64,000 bases of DNA from a phage. Both the position numbers and the translations under genes were made by a program. Location of the stretch: the sequence record PX393108.1; one strand, 5' to 3'. How positions within the stretch are numbered: the stretch's first letter is position 1; every line of letters starts with the position of its first letter. The notes beneath the pieces are model-generated. The model did no database searches. It saw only the letters and a program-made list of their open reading frames with translations, and was not told the DNA's origin. Positions 9,216-21,791 of the stretch are shown piece after piece.

Positions 9216-9223
9216 TATTTATA
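9216..9223 (-). promoter_or_regulatory. T4-type late promoter (TATAAATA) upstream of rIII
   Basis: Reverse complement of tatttata in the 147-bp spacer between gene 31 and rIII. Confidence 0.45.
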
Positions 9224-9559
9224 TCACTTATAAAGACACGGAATAGCTTTATAGTGACAGGTAACGAATTTTTGTTTAATTTCTTTTGGCTGCTTAAGAC
9301 CCAGAGCTACAAAAGGATGTGGAACGTTTCGAATTTGACCAACTGGAAGAGAAGTCAAATCACCAACTTCACAGAAACCTTCAGGAACATCAGGACCAAC
9401 AGAGTGAATTACACACAGTTCAGGAACTTCACCTTGAACACGTTTACCGATAATAAGTCCTGATTCTGTAACTTCTTCATCACCGGCTTGTGCAGGTTCA
9501 GAAACTAAAATAACATATTCACCGACAGCACGAATTGGTAGCTGTTGTACTTCAGACAT
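9224..9559 (-). CDS. 31: gp31 co-chaperonin (GroES analogue)
   Basis: 111 aa, correct size and position; [29 protein letters not shown]... matches recalled T4 gp31. Confidence 0.9.
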   Translation of the reverse strand: MSEVQQLPIRAVGEYVILVSEPAQAGDEEVTESGLIIGKRVQGEVPELCVIHSVGPDVPEGFCEVGDLTSLPVGQIRNVPHPFVALGLKQPKEIKQKFVTCHYKAIPCLYK

Positions 9560-9615
9560 CGTTTTTCCTTTTTGTTAACAGATGAATTAATAATAACAAA
9601 TAATTCTTAAAGCAT

Positions 9616-9924
9616 TTATTTACCAATAAATTGAAGCAAATGCTCAACTTTCATACCATTAACGGAAATCAATTTGTCAATAGAAAAACCTCGCCATGCA
9701 CCAAGCTCAACATCAAATACTGGAATCATATCAGTAGATTCTTTCCGAGTAGATTCAGTCAATTTACCGGTTTGCATAGTTGGCATAAAGTCAGCATCAC
9801 GAGTGCCTTTCATAGTACGAATAGTACCATCAGACTTTTCAAAAACCACGTTTGAAATACCCATGGACAATTTAGTTTTCAAAATTTCACGAATTGCTAC
9901 TTTCTGTTCAGTTGTCAGTTTCAT
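9616..9924 (-). CDS. hypothetical protein (31.1 position)
   Basis: ORF track, 102 aa; synteny. Confidence 0.6.
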   Translation of the reverse strand: MKLTTEQKVAIREILKTKLSMGISNVVFEKSDGTIRTMKGTRDADFMPTMQTGKLTESTRKESTDMIPVFDVELGAWRGFSIDKLISVNGMKVEHLLQFIGK

Positions 9925-10161
9925 TTATTTACCTATTACAGTTTTATGATAAATTGTTCCACGTTCTTTAAGAGTGGAAAGTAATTTTTGATATTTTTCT
10001 AAATCAGATTTCCAACTATGCGGTCTATCAATACAAACCCAGTTTGACTTATAATACTGTTTCCACCTAGAGAAAAAATACTTCTTATACTCTACAGCAA
10101 ATGAAATGTTCTCGGTAGAATAAGAACTAATTGCTGTGAGCTGTACCAAACGAAATTTCAT
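9925..10161 (-). CDS. hypothetical protein (31.2 position)
   Basis: ORF track, 78 aa; abuts the cd start. Confidence 0.55.
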   Translation of the reverse strand: MKFRLVQLTAISSYSTENISFAVEYKKYFFSRWKQYYKSNWVCIDRPHSWKSDLEKYQKLLSTLKERGTIYHKTVIGK

Positions 10162-10742
10162 TATTCACCACAGAATTCGTTGATATTTTCCCAGTTTAAC
10201 TTATTCAAGTTTTTCTTAGGAACATTAAACACTTCAATACCCGCATTTCGCAGAATATCATCCCAGCCAGGTTTATTTTTATCATATGTTTCGCAATAAA
10301 CCAGCTTTTTAATTCCAGATTGAGCTATCGCTTTTGCACAATCTGGGCAAGGAGAAAGTGTTACATACATAGTAGCACCTTCAATTGAAGAACCATTTCG
10401 TGCAGCAAACAAAATCGCATTTAGTTCAGCATGAATTTCATTTTTAGACGACCACTCAGAGTGAGCACTACGATGTTCTTTCGCCAAGACAAAACGATCA
10501 GTTGAACCAAATGATACGCATTCAGGCTTATGACCTTGAATGATAGTATGTTTAGGCTTATTCAGCAACCAACCTTGCTCAGCAGCATAATCGCAGCAAT
10601 TCACACCCCCGGCAGGTGAACCATTATATCCGGTAGAAATAATACGTCCATTCTTTTCAATTACTGCTCCTACCTTCCAGGAGCAACATTTTGATTCTTG
10701 TGATACTAAATATGCAATTTGAAGTACTGTACTCGCTTTCAT
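10161..10742 (-). CDS. cd: dCMP deaminase
   Basis: 193 aa; cytidine/dCMP deaminase zinc motifs HAELNA and PCPDC. Confidence 0.95.
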   Translation of the reverse strand: MKASTVLQIAYLVSQESKCCSWKVGAVIEKNGRIISTGYNGSPAGGVNCCDYAAEQGWLLNKPKHTIIQGHKPECVSFGSTDRFVLAKEHRSAHSEWSSKNEIHAELNAILFAARNGSSIEGATMYVTLSPCPDCAKAIAQSGIKKLVYCETYDKNKPGWDDILRNAGIEVFNVPKKNLNKLNWENINEFCGE

Positions 10743-11077
10743 TTCATAATCACCAGATAAGCAGATTTAGCAGTTTCAACACGATAAATTTCGTGACGAA
10801 GTTTAGTTATACTTTTAATAACAGAACTAATTATATTCTGCCCATCTTTAAAGCGGTTTTTCTTATCAATAAAAATTGCACCAGTCATCTTTTTGTGAAG
10901 CTCAACTGGATACTTCGTCACAATAATAGCATCATACACAGAAGGATGAATACTATTCACTAGAGTATCATTCATTAAAGTTATTCTAATGAACTGTGCT
11001 GTTTCAGAGTCAAGCGCTCTATGATCGCCAGTATCATTTTCAAGACAATTATCAATTATATCAGTTAAATTCATCAT
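10739..11077 (-). CDS. hypothetical protein (112 aa)
   Basis: ORF track; ATGA overlap with cd. Confidence 0.55.
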   Translation of the reverse strand: MMNLTDIIDNCLENDTGDHRALDSETAQFIRITLMNDTLVNSIHPSVYDAIIVTKYPVELHKKMTGAIFIDKKNRFKDGQNIISSVIKSITKLRHEIYRVETAKSAYLVIMK

Positions 11078-11310
11078 AGTACGCCATACACCCTTTGTGC
11101 TTCAACTAATCCATCAAAATCCAATTTGAGATGTGTTATTTGGTCACCATCACCTGGATTCACAATTACTAATACTGAACGAGGAGTTTCGGTAATAACA
11201 CGAACCGATGTTTCAGGAAATCGTTCAGAAACCTTATTTACTAATTCCTGAGCAAATAGTTTAACTTTTTCTTGGAATTCTTTAACAGTAATTGGTTTTT
11301 CGCTTAGCAT
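11074..11310 (-). CDS. hypothetical protein (78 aa)
   Basis: ORF track; overlaps neighbours at start/stop. Confidence 0.55.
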   Translation of the reverse strand: MLSEKPITVKEFQEKVKLFAQELVNKVSERFPETSVRVITETPRSVLVIVNPGDGDQITHLKLDFDGLVEAQRVYGVL

Positions 11311-11831
11311 GTTGATCCTAGCTCCTTACTTTCAACGTTTTTAACTAATTTGACAGAAACTAATTCGGCATCTTGGGTAATCATTACCGGGCCTTCTTCA
11401 TACTCTTCAAGATATTCTAGAGCTTTCTTTTTAGCTTCTTCCTTCGTATCAGTTTGAGCATAGATATAAAACATACAACCAGTAATACCTACTACTTTCC
11501 ACTTAATTTCTTTATCAGTTTTAATTTCAAATTTACTGATAGAGTCATCTTTTTGAACTTCTTCGAAAAAATAATATTCTGACATATAAGTAATTGAAAA
11601 TAGCGGGCTATCTTTATAAGATTCGCCCATTACATCAACAGCTTTATACCAGCAATCGTCAATTTCGCGTTTAATGCTAATAACATTTTTCGCAGGATCT
11701 ATTTTTACTTTAAATGAATTTTCCCCAATAAACTGGGCAATTCGTTTATTAGCCCCACAAGTTTCATTAAAAATATCTTTATATCCAGCTTTAAAGCGAT
11801 AAACCTTATCTTCTTCAAACCATTCGCTCAT
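11304..11831 (-). CDS. hypothetical protein (175 aa)
   Basis: ORF track; early-type promoter upstream. Confidence 0.6.
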   Translation of the reverse strand: MSEWFEEDKVYRFKAGYKDIFNETCGANKRIAQFIGENSFKVKIDPAKNVISIKREIDDCWYKAVDVMGESYKDSPLFSITYMSEYYFFEEVQKDDSISKFEIKTDKEIKWKVVGITGCMFYIYAQTDTKEEAKKKALEYLEEYEEGPVMITQDAELVSVKLVKNVESKELGSTC

Positions 11832-11861
11832 TTCAATTTCCTCATTTGTTTTGGTAGAGCT

Positions 11862-11891
11862 ATAATATCACAACTCTACCGTAAAGTAAAC
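11862..11891 (-). promoter_or_regulatory. T4 early-type promoter (-35 GTTTAC, -10 TATTAT)
   Basis: Reverse complement of gtaaac 11886-11891 and ataata 11862-11867, 18-nt spacer. Confidence 0.45.
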
Positions 11892-11893
11892 TG

Positions 11894-12169
11894 TTAAATT
11901 GCCTTGAATTCTGATGTTTGTGATTCAAAACGAATATCGCCTTTGATAACTAACTCAGCATCAAGACCAAATACGACAATGATATGCGCGGAACCTGGAT
12001 ACAGCGTAATTGCAATAGAATCCACTTGGTCTGGAAGCAAAGCGTTCAATACATGAGTCACTTGAGCGTGGATTCGAAGTTCAGCTGCATTATCAAGCTT
12101 TTCAAACATGTTATTAGCGATAATTTGGCTAAACACTACTTCTACGATTTTAGAATAAGTCGGAAACAT
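11894..12169 (-). CDS. hypothetical protein (91 aa)
   Basis: ORF track. Confidence 0.55.
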   Translation of the reverse strand: MFPTYSKIVEVVFSQIIANNMFEKLDNAAELRIHAQVTHVLNALLPDQVDSIAITLYPGSAHIIVVFGLDAELVIKGDIRFESQTSEFKAI

Positions 12170-12171
12170 AT

Positions 12172-12372
12172 TTACCTCACATAATTTTCTTCAAGCCAAT
12201 CAATAACATCCAACGCATTATCAAAAGTTGAACCATCTACTTTGTCTTCTGTTTCATAATCAAGAACATCTAAGCCTACTCTTCCATCAACAATAGGCCA
12301 TAAACAAAATAGATATTTCTTTTCTTTTTCAATTTTATCACAAAGACGATAAATCTTTTCTATATTATTCAT
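12172..12372 (-). CDS. hypothetical protein (66 aa)
   Basis: ORF track. Confidence 0.5.
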   Translation of the reverse strand: MNNIEKIYRLCDKIEKEKKYLFCLWPIVDGRVGLDVLDYETEDKVDGSTFDNALDVIDWLEENYVR

Positions 12373-12561
12373 AAGTTTTCCATGGTAAAGGCAGTTTAGT
12401 TTTCTTTACTGTTAGTTCAATATCAGGATTCTTTTCTCTTAATTTAAGGCATTCCTCCCAAGCTCTGATTTCACTAGTGAATACACAAAACTGCCCATTA
12501 CTAGTACCAACTAAACCACTATTTACAATAACAATAGACCAAGTTTCATGATGCCACGCCA

Positions 12562-12562
<1 letters not shown>
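12365..12562 (-). CDS. hypothetical protein (about 65 aa)
   Basis: ORF track frame; start taken at the ATG forming a TAATG overlap with the pseT stop. Confidence 0.45.
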
Positions 12563-13787
<1,225 letters not shown>

Positions 13788-13790
13788 TTA

Positions 13791-14021
13791 TTATTTCTCA
13801 ACCAATGATTGAATATAATCATGCAAGTCTTTAGATGCTTTACCCCACTTATTTTGGTATTCATTTTTAAGATTAGCCCGAGATTGAGCTAATAAAACAT
13901 CATTAGTTGGAGGTAAAGATTCTAACCGTTGAATCTGGCGTCCATAAATCATTGCAGCCATCTCGGATTCATAAATCAATCCTTTGAGATGTTCAAATTG
14001 ATGCCATGAAATCATTTGCAT
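13791..14021 (-). CDS. hypothetical protein (76 aa)
   Basis: ORF track. Confidence 0.5.
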   Translation of the reverse strand: MQMISWHQFEHLKGLIYESEMAAMIYGRQIQRLESLPPTNDVLLAQSRANLKNEYQNKWGKASKDLHDYIQSLVEK

Positions 14022-14311
14022 TTATCCTCTTTTAACTCTTGACGATAATAACATATCATAGTTTTCTGATCATGTACATATCGTTTTACATCATTAAGCC
14101 AAATGCGAAATTCCTGGGAATCTTCAAATGGCATACCGACCCAAGCTTTACCATCAATAACTTTAACTTGCCAAGATAGTTTAGCTTCATCATATGACTT
14201 TATTTGTACAGGCCAATTAGGATGAACTGTTTCTTTCTTTACTTCTAGAGGCTTTGTCGAACAACCAACTAGAAGACCAATAGATAATATTACTGCTGAT
14301 AGTTTAATCAT
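14012..14311 (-). CDS. putative lipoprotein (99 aa)
   Basis: N-terminal signal peptide with lipobox LLVGC|S. Confidence 0.55.
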   Translation of the reverse strand: MIKLSAVILSIGLLVGCSTKPLEVKKETVHPNWPVQIKSYDEAKLSWQVKVIDGKAWVGMPFEDSQEFRIWLNDVKRYVHDQKTMICYYRQELKEDKCK

Positions 14312-14661
14312 TTAGAAAGGTCCTGGATGTCTTCTGCGAACTTGTTGAAGGAGTTGTTGATTTGTTTTTCAACCAATCCTGGCTTATGAGCCACCACATC
14401 CGCCTTCTTTGCGTCTTTGCGCAGTTTTTCATTTTCACGCTCAATAGCAGCAATTGCCTCACGATTTTTATTATTCATCGCATCAATATAATTATACTGA
14501 ATTCGCAAATTATTTAATGCTAAAGCGTTTTCATTGGCCGTTTTTGTAATTTCTACAACAGACGTTTCTAATCTTTCAATTTTATTTTTTAAAATTAAAG
14601 AAGTTCCGCCCAATGCAATTACAATTAATAGCAAGCCTGCTGTCGTATTACTTAATTGCAT
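14308..14661 (-). CDS. membrane-anchored coiled-coil protein (117 aa)
   Basis: N-terminal hydrophobic helix GLLLIVIALGGTSLIL followed by a charged helical region. Confidence 0.55.
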   Translation of the reverse strand: MQLSNTTAGLLLIVIALGGTSLILKNKIERLETSVVEITKTANENALALNNLRIQYNYIDAMNNKNREAIAAIERENEKLRKDAKKADVVAHKPGLVEKQINNSFNKFAEDIQDLSK

Positions 14662-15158
14662 AAAGTTTTAATAACCTCTATAATATCGTCTTGAGAAAGA
14701 CCGTTAATTAAAATATGATGTTCAGCCGGAGATTTAGAAATTTTAAAGCATGCCTCAACATCTTCTGCCATATCTGATGCGCTACGATTTGGATTACTAA
14801 TTCCAAGACGATGTTTTCCCGTCAAAGGATTAACGATGATATAGCATTTACAGTTGTTAATATGAACATTAGGTTGAGTCTGATTAATGAACACATCACA
14901 ATCATATTTCGCAAGCTGATTTTCTAAAAAGACTTTCATCTCCTCAACTGCATCAGGAAGCATATCACGGGCTTGCTCAAGACGACGATTTCGATATTCT
15001 TTAATGGTCGTTTTCCGCTTGACTTGCTTAGCTAAATCTTTCTTAAGATCGGTGATATATCCAACTCGACGATTTCCTTTAAATACAGAAATCCCATCTG
15101 TAGTATCACCGTATGCTTCAACGACCATTTCAGTAGTAATAAGCTGTAAATCCATCAT
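14652..15158 (-). CDS. alc: Alc, transcription terminator on cytosine-containing DNA
   Basis: 168 aa, size and position between pseT and rnlA as in T4. Confidence 0.8.
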   Translation of the reverse strand: MMDLQLITTEMVVEAYGDTTDGISVFKGNRRVGYITDLKKDLAKQVKRKTTIKEYRNRRLEQARDMLPDAVEEMKVFLENQLAKYDCDVFINQTQPNVHINNCKCYIIVNPLTGKHRLGISNPNRSASDMAEDVEACFKISKSPAEHHILINGLSQDDIIEVIKTLCN

Positions 15159-15219
15159 AAAGTCCTCATGTTATGTCAGTAAGACTACTGTAACACAACA
15201 CGAGGGACTTGTAAACAGC

Positions 15220-16807
<1,588 letters not shown>

Positions 16808-16814
16808 AATAAAA

Positions 16815-16830
16815 TGGGCCTTGCGGCCCA
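16815..16830 (-). other. GNRA-loop hairpin (UGGGCC-GCAA-GGCCCA) between SD and AUG of denA
   Basis: Transcript reads UAAGGAG-hairpin-UUUUAUUAUG; the hairpin would bring the SD to ~8 nt from the start codon. Confidence 0.45.
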
Positions 16831-16834
16831 CTCC

Positions 16835-18013
16835 TTAAAAATATTTTTTAAAACCCATCATAACTTTATCATCAACATCATTATCAATCTGTGCTACAAG
16901 GTAAGATGACAGTTCTACTTCTTGTGGCGCGGATTGAACATTATCAGAATTAAGATATTCACGAATCCAAGGATACGGATGTTTAACCGGAGCATCGGTA
17001 ATTGGACATGGAAGACCACATTGTTTCATACGAGATACAGTTAAGTAATCAATAAAGCTCCACATGCTATTTGTATTTAATCCAGGAACATCGCCATCTT
17101 TAAATAAATGAACTGCCCAATCTTTTTCTTGGCGGTTAACTTCCATGAAAATATCAACTGCTTCTTGTTCACACTCTTGAGCAATTTTAACCCATTCATC
17201 GCCATCAGTACCGGATTGAAGTTGACGAATAATATATTGGGTGCCTTTAAGGTGAAGCTGCTCATCACGTGCAATGAACTTCATAATCTTGGCATTACCT
17301 TCCATGATTTCCATGTTCTTATGGAAGTTAAAGGTACATGCGAAAGATACATAAAAACGAATAGCTTCCAATGCGTTGATTACGTGCAGGCAGAGGTAAA
17401 GAGATTTCATTAGTGCTCGTTTAGCTTCGGCTTCTTGTTTAATAGCTCGATTTAAACGAAAATCAGCATCAGGAGATTCTTTAGCTAGTTCTACAAATTC
17501 TTTAGCATTTTCCCATTCACGGGTCTTCTTAAGAACATCATCGTAATAGCGACCAATGGACTCGGCGCGTTTCATAATATCTTCATCTAATACAATCTCA
17601 TCAAATACCTTTGATGGATCAGTATAAAGATTTCGCATGATATGAGTATATGAACGACTGTGAATAGTTTCACTAAAAGTCCATGTAGCAACCCATGTAT
17701 CAAGACTTGGGTCTGAAATTAACGACATAAGTACAGCAGACGGTGCACGACCCTGAATGCTATCTAGAAGTGATTGATACTTCAGGTTATTAGTAAAAAT
17801 ATCTTGCTGATACTGAGGAAGCTTGTTAAATTGTGCAGCATCCATCATTAAGTTTACTTCTTCAGGACGCCAGAAAAATGATAACTGCTTTTCGGTTAAA
17901 TCTTCAAAAACTTTATGGCGTTGAATATCATAACGTGCAATACCAAGACCTGAACCGAAGAACATAGGTTCTTTTAAAACATCAACTGGATTTGTATTAA
18001 AAACTGTGCTCAT
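16835..18013 (-). CDS. nrdB: ribonucleotide reductase small subunit, uninterrupted
   Basis: 392 aa continuous ORF; diiron/tyrosyl radical family motifs; no intron-like interruption. Confidence 0.95.
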   Translation of the reverse strand: MSTVFNTNPVDVLKEPMFFGSGLGIARYDIQRHKVFEDLTEKQLSFFWRPEEVNLMMDAAQFNKLPQYQQDIFTNNLKYQSLLDSIQGRAPSAVLMSLISDPSLDTWVATWTFSETIHSRSYTHIMRNLYTDPSKVFDEIVLDEDIMKRAESIGRYYDDVLKKTREWENAKEFVELAKESPDADFRLNRAIKQEAEAKRALMKSLYLCLHVINALEAIRFYVSFACTFNFHKNMEIMEGNAKIMKFIARDEQLHLKGTQYIIRQLQSGTDGDEWVKIAQECEQEAVDIFMEVNRQEKDWAVHLFKDGDVPGLNTNSMWSFIDYLTVSRMKQCGLPCPITDAPVKHPYPWIREYLNSDNVQSAPQEVELSSYLVAQIDNDVDDKVMMGFKKYF

Positions 18014-18064
18014 AAATTTTCCGCTTAGTTAATAGATAGTGACTCGTCCGTGAGTCAAATTATA

Positions 18065-20329
18065 TCATAATTTACAGGATGAACAATCTTCAGCTTTTGG
18101 AGTTTCTATTTCATAATCATCAGTACCAGAACCATCGCGGGTATTATGATAATAGAAATTTTTTCCGCCAAAATACCAAAAATACAAAAGGTCATCAATC
18201 ATTATTGACATTGGAACCTTTCCTTTTGGAAAAATCTGCGGGTCATAATATGTATTTGCTGAAGCTGATTGACATACCCATTTAAGCATAATAGCTACTT
18301 GCGTAAGATAAGGTTTATTACCTTTCTTAGCTAATTTCCACGTATAATCATATAGGTCTATGTTATGTTCAATATTGGGCACGACTTGATTAAAGGAACC
18401 CTCTTTTGATTCTTTAACAGAGACTGGTCCACGTGGAGGCTCGATACCGTTTGTACTGTTAGAAACTTGGGAAGATGACTCACATGGCATAAGTGCTGAT
18501 AATGTGCTATTACGGATGCCAAAGAGCTTAAGGTCTTCCCGCAGCGCCGACCAGTCACAAACGTATTTTGGAGCTGCGATTTGGTCAATCTTTTTATTGT
18601 ACCAGTCGATAGGTAATTCGCCTCGAGACCAACGAGTGTCTGAATAATATTCGCAAGGTCCTTTTTCTTTGGCGAGCTTAATGGATGCTTTGATGAGTCC
18701 ATACTGTAATCTCTCAAATAGTTCATGTGTTAAATCGTTAGCATCTTCATAAGAAGCAAAGTTACTTGCCAGCCAAGCTGCATAGTTAGTAACACCTACA
18801 CCAAGATTTCGACGCTTTTTAGCTTTTTCTGCTTCAGGAACTGGATATCCTTGGTAATCCAAAAGATTATCAAGAGCACGAACTTGAACTTCTGCTAATT
18901 CGTTGATTTTATCTTGGTCTTGCCAATCGAAGTTATCCAACACAAATGCAGATAACGTACACAATCCAATTTCAGCATCAGGACTATTCACGTCATTTGT
19001 TGGAATAGCAATTTCACAACACAAGTTACTCTGACGAATAGGTGCCTTTTCACGAATAAATGGAGTATAGTTATTCGTATTATCAATGAACTGTACATAA
19101 ATCCTTGCTGTTCCTGAGCGTTCAGTCATTAGCAATTCAAACAGTTCACGGGCTTTAATACGCTTTTTACGAATATTAGGGTCTTTTTCTGCGGCTTCAT
19201 ATAATTCACGGAAACGGTCTTGGTCTTTAAAATAAGAATAATAAAGCTCACCACCCATTTCATGTGGACTGAACAAAGTAATGTAGTCGTTCTTTCCGAA
19301 TCGTTCCATCATTAGGTCATTCAGTTGAACGCCATAATCCATATGACGAATACGGTTTTCTTCTACGCCTTTGTTATTTTTCAAAACGAGAAGATTTTCA
19401 ACTTCCAAATGCCAAATAGGATAATAAGCAGTAGCAGCGCCGCCACGAATTCCACCCTGTGAGCATGATTTAACAGCAGTCTGAAAATGTTTCCAAAAAG
19501 GAATAACACCAGTATGACGCACTTCACCTGTACCAATCTTAGAACCTTCGGCACGAATCATACCAACGTTAATACCAATTCCAGCGCGTTTGGAGATATA
19601 TTCAACAATTGAAGCGGAAGCCTTATTGATAGACTTTAATGAATCACCTGCCTCAATAACAACGCATGAACTAAACTGTCGAGTCGGAGTACGGCAACCA
19701 GCCATAATAGGAGTTGGTAATGAAATCTGTCGAGTAGATACCGCTTCATAAAAACGAATAACGTGTTTTAGTCTATCAACAGGTTCATCTTGATGCAATG
19801 CCATTCCAATAGTCATAAATGCAAACTGCGGAGTTTCATAAATTTGACCAGTGGTTTTATCTTTAACTAGATATTTTTCTTTTAATTGCATCGCCCCAGA
19901 ATAAGTAAATTCCATATCCCGCTCATGCTTAATTTTTGATTCTAAAAATGTAATTTCTTCGGCAGAATATTTTGACAACAATTCAGGGTCATATTTACCT
20001 TCATTTACACAGTAAGAAATATGGTCAATAAATGAACGTGGTTCATATTGTCCGTAAACATGCTTACGAAGAGCAAACATTAAACAGCGTGCAGCTACAT
20101 ATTGATAATCAGGCTCTTCAACTGAAATAGAATTCGCAGCAGCCTTAATGACAATAGTCTGAATGTCATCAGTGGTCATTCCATCACGGAGATATGATTT
20201 AATATTTTCATATAATTCATAAGGATCTACAGATGTTCCTTCAGCTGCCCAAGATAAAACTTTAATAATTTTTTGCGGGTCAAAGCTCTGAGAAACACCA
20301 CTACTTTTGATAACATTAATTAATTGCAT
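18065..20329 (-). CDS. nrdA: ribonucleotide reductase large subunit
   Basis: 754 aa; class Ia RNR large-subunit length and motifs (C-terminal CSSCKL-type redox tail). Confidence 0.95.
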   Translation of the reverse strand: MQLINVIKSSGVSQSFDPQKIIKVLSWAAEGTSVDPYELYENIKSYLRDGMTTDDIQTIVIKAAANSISVEEPDYQYVAARCLMFALRKHVYGQYEPRSFIDHISYCVNEGKYDPELLSKYSAEEITFLESKIKHERDMEFTYSGAMQLKEKYLVKDKTTGQIYETPQFAFMTIGMALHQDEPVDRLKHVIRFYEAVSTRQISLPTPIMAGCRTPTRQFSSCVVIEAGDSLKSINKASASIVEYISKRAGIGINVGMIRAEGSKIGTGEVRHTGVIPFWKHFQTAVKSCSQGGIRGGAATAYYPIWHLEVENLLVLKNNKGVEENRIRHMDYGVQLNDLMMERFGKNDYITLFSPHEMGGELYYSYFKDQDRFRELYEAAEKDPNIRKKRIKARELFELLMTERSGTARIYVQFIDNTNNYTPFIREKAPIRQSNLCCEIAIPTNDVNSPDAEIGLCTLSAFVLDNFDWQDQDKINELAEVQVRALDNLLDYQGYPVPEAEKAKKRRNLGVGVTNYAAWLASNFASYEDANDLTHELFERLQYGLIKASIKLAKEKGPCEYYSDTRWSRGELPIDWYNKKIDQIAAPKYVCDWSALREDLKLFGIRNSTLSALMPCESSSQVSNSTNGIEPPRGPVSVKESKEGSFNQVVPNIEHNIDLYDYTWKLAKKGNKPYLTQVAIMLKWVCQSASANTYYDPQIFPKGKVPMSIMIDDLLYFWYFGGKNFYYHNTRDGSGTDDYEIETPKAEDCSSCKL

Positions 20330-20646
20330 AAGTCCTCAACTTGAAAATCGTCTTTAAACAATCGGTTAACTATATGAGCTATTATATCACCATGACACGG
20401 CTTTGGTTTACATGTGCATCCTAGCCTCATTCCACGTAAAGGCTCTAAATGTGCTTTAGTTATTTCTCCGGATTTAATTCGACGTATAAAATCTTTTTTG
20501 AATAATTCAATGGCAGCCTCCCGGCTGCCAGCATCTTTACCGACGTAATTTCCCCAAAATGTACCACGGTGAATATTAACATCAAAGTCGGATTTATATT
20601 TATTCACTACCCGGCATAGACGGCCCGCGTGGTAATAATTCGTCAT
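20320..20646 (-). CDS. hypothetical Cys/His-containing protein (108 aa)
   Basis: ORF track; contains [11 protein letters not shown]. Confidence 0.55.
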   Translation of the reverse strand: MTNYYHAGRLCRVVNKYKSDFDVNIHRGTFWGNYVGKDAGSREAAIELFKKDFIRRIKSGEITKAHLEPLRGMRLGCTCKPKPCHGDIIAHIVNRLFKDDFQVEDLCN

Positions 20647-20875
20647 ATTGTTTTTCCGTTAAAACAGTAATATCATAATAACAATCAGAAGAAGTTTTAA
20701 CTGTAGAAATTTTATTATCAAAATACTCACGAGTCATTTTATGAGTATAATATTTTTTACCATAAATTATAATAGGCTGTTCTGGTCCTGGAACTTCTAA
20801 CTCGCTTGGATTAGGAAGTGTAAAAAGAACGACACCAGAAGTATCCTTAAATCGTAAAATCATATATCCTCTCAA
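20600..20875 (-). CDS. hypothetical protein (91 aa)
   Basis: ORF track; overlaps the downstream ORF by 47 nt. Confidence 0.5.
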   Translation of the reverse strand: MRGYMILRFKDTSGVVLFTLPNPSELEVPGPEQPIIIYGKKYYTHKMTREYFDNKISTVKTSSDCYYDITVLTEKQYDELLPRGPSMPGSE

Positions 20876-20886
20876 TTAAATTAAAA

Positions 20887-21747
20887 TTACACCGCCATCT
20901 TTCCTTTAATTGGCGGGTGAGATACATAGTTGTTAAGAACAAAATTATGCGGCTTTGCGAATTGACTCAACCAAAATACCTGCGATTCTGTGTCCCATTC
21001 ATCAAATTCATCTGGAAATTTTAATTGTAATTCGCATAAATCCATAGGTTCACGACGCAAAATTTCTTTACATTGTTCTACGTGATTCATATAGATATGA
21101 GTATTACCACCAGAAAATATCAAATCTCCTGGAATAAGATTACACATCTTAGCTACAATATGAACTAACGTAGCATATGATGCAATATTAAATGGAAGAC
21201 CGAGGAAAACATCTACCGAACGTTGATACCACTGCAGATCCAAATAGCCATTACGCACATTAAACTGATAGAACATATGACAAGGCGGTAATGCCATTTG
21301 CTTAAGTTCTGCCGGATTCCATGCTGAAACAATTTGACGTCTATCATTTGGCAGTTTTTTAATACGTTCAACAACTTCTATAATTTGATCTACGCCACCA
21401 AAATCGCGCCACTGTTTTCCATAAATTGGACCAAGTTCACCGCTATGGTATCCTAAATCTTTTGCTTGATTTTCGTAATTTTCATCCCAGACTGTTTTGC
21501 CTTGAATTAATGAATCATGTTGAATTAATCGCAAATCATTGACATTTGTGCTTCCCGATAAAAACCATATTAGCTCAGCAATACAGGCTTTCCATGCTAA
21601 TTTTTTAGTTGTTACCGCAGGAAAACCTTTAGTTAAATCCCAGCGTAATTTAGTACCGAACAAAGCAATTGTTCCTGTGCCTGTTCGGTCATCAGTTTCA
21701 TAGCCATTTTCAAAAATGTCTTTAATTAAATCTTGGTATTGTTTCAT
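20887..21747 (-). CDS. td: thymidylate synthase, uninterrupted
   Basis: 286 aa continuous; ThyA active-site region (ALPPCH) present; no intron. Confidence 0.95.
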   Translation of the reverse strand: MKQYQDLIKDIFENGYETDDRTGTGTIALFGTKLRWDLTKGFPAVTTKKLAWKACIAELIWFLSGSTNVNDLRLIQHDSLIQGKTVWDENYENQAKDLGYHSGELGPIYGKQWRDFGGVDQIIEVVERIKKLPNDRRQIVSAWNPAELKQMALPPCHMFYQFNVRNGYLDLQWYQRSVDVFLGLPFNIASYATLVHIVAKMCNLIPGDLIFSGGNTHIYMNHVEQCKEILRREPMDLCELQLKFPDEFDEWDTESQVFWLSQFAKPHNFVLNNYVSHPPIKGKMAV

Positions 21748-21791
21748 TTAGTACCTTATATAAATTATAATACATTTTATGAAGCTAATAA

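Noticed and set aside
20887-21747. Search for a group I intron or homing endonuclease ORF in td (and in nrdB 16835-18013)
   Set aside because: Both coding sequences are continuous with no internal stop and no embedded ORF.
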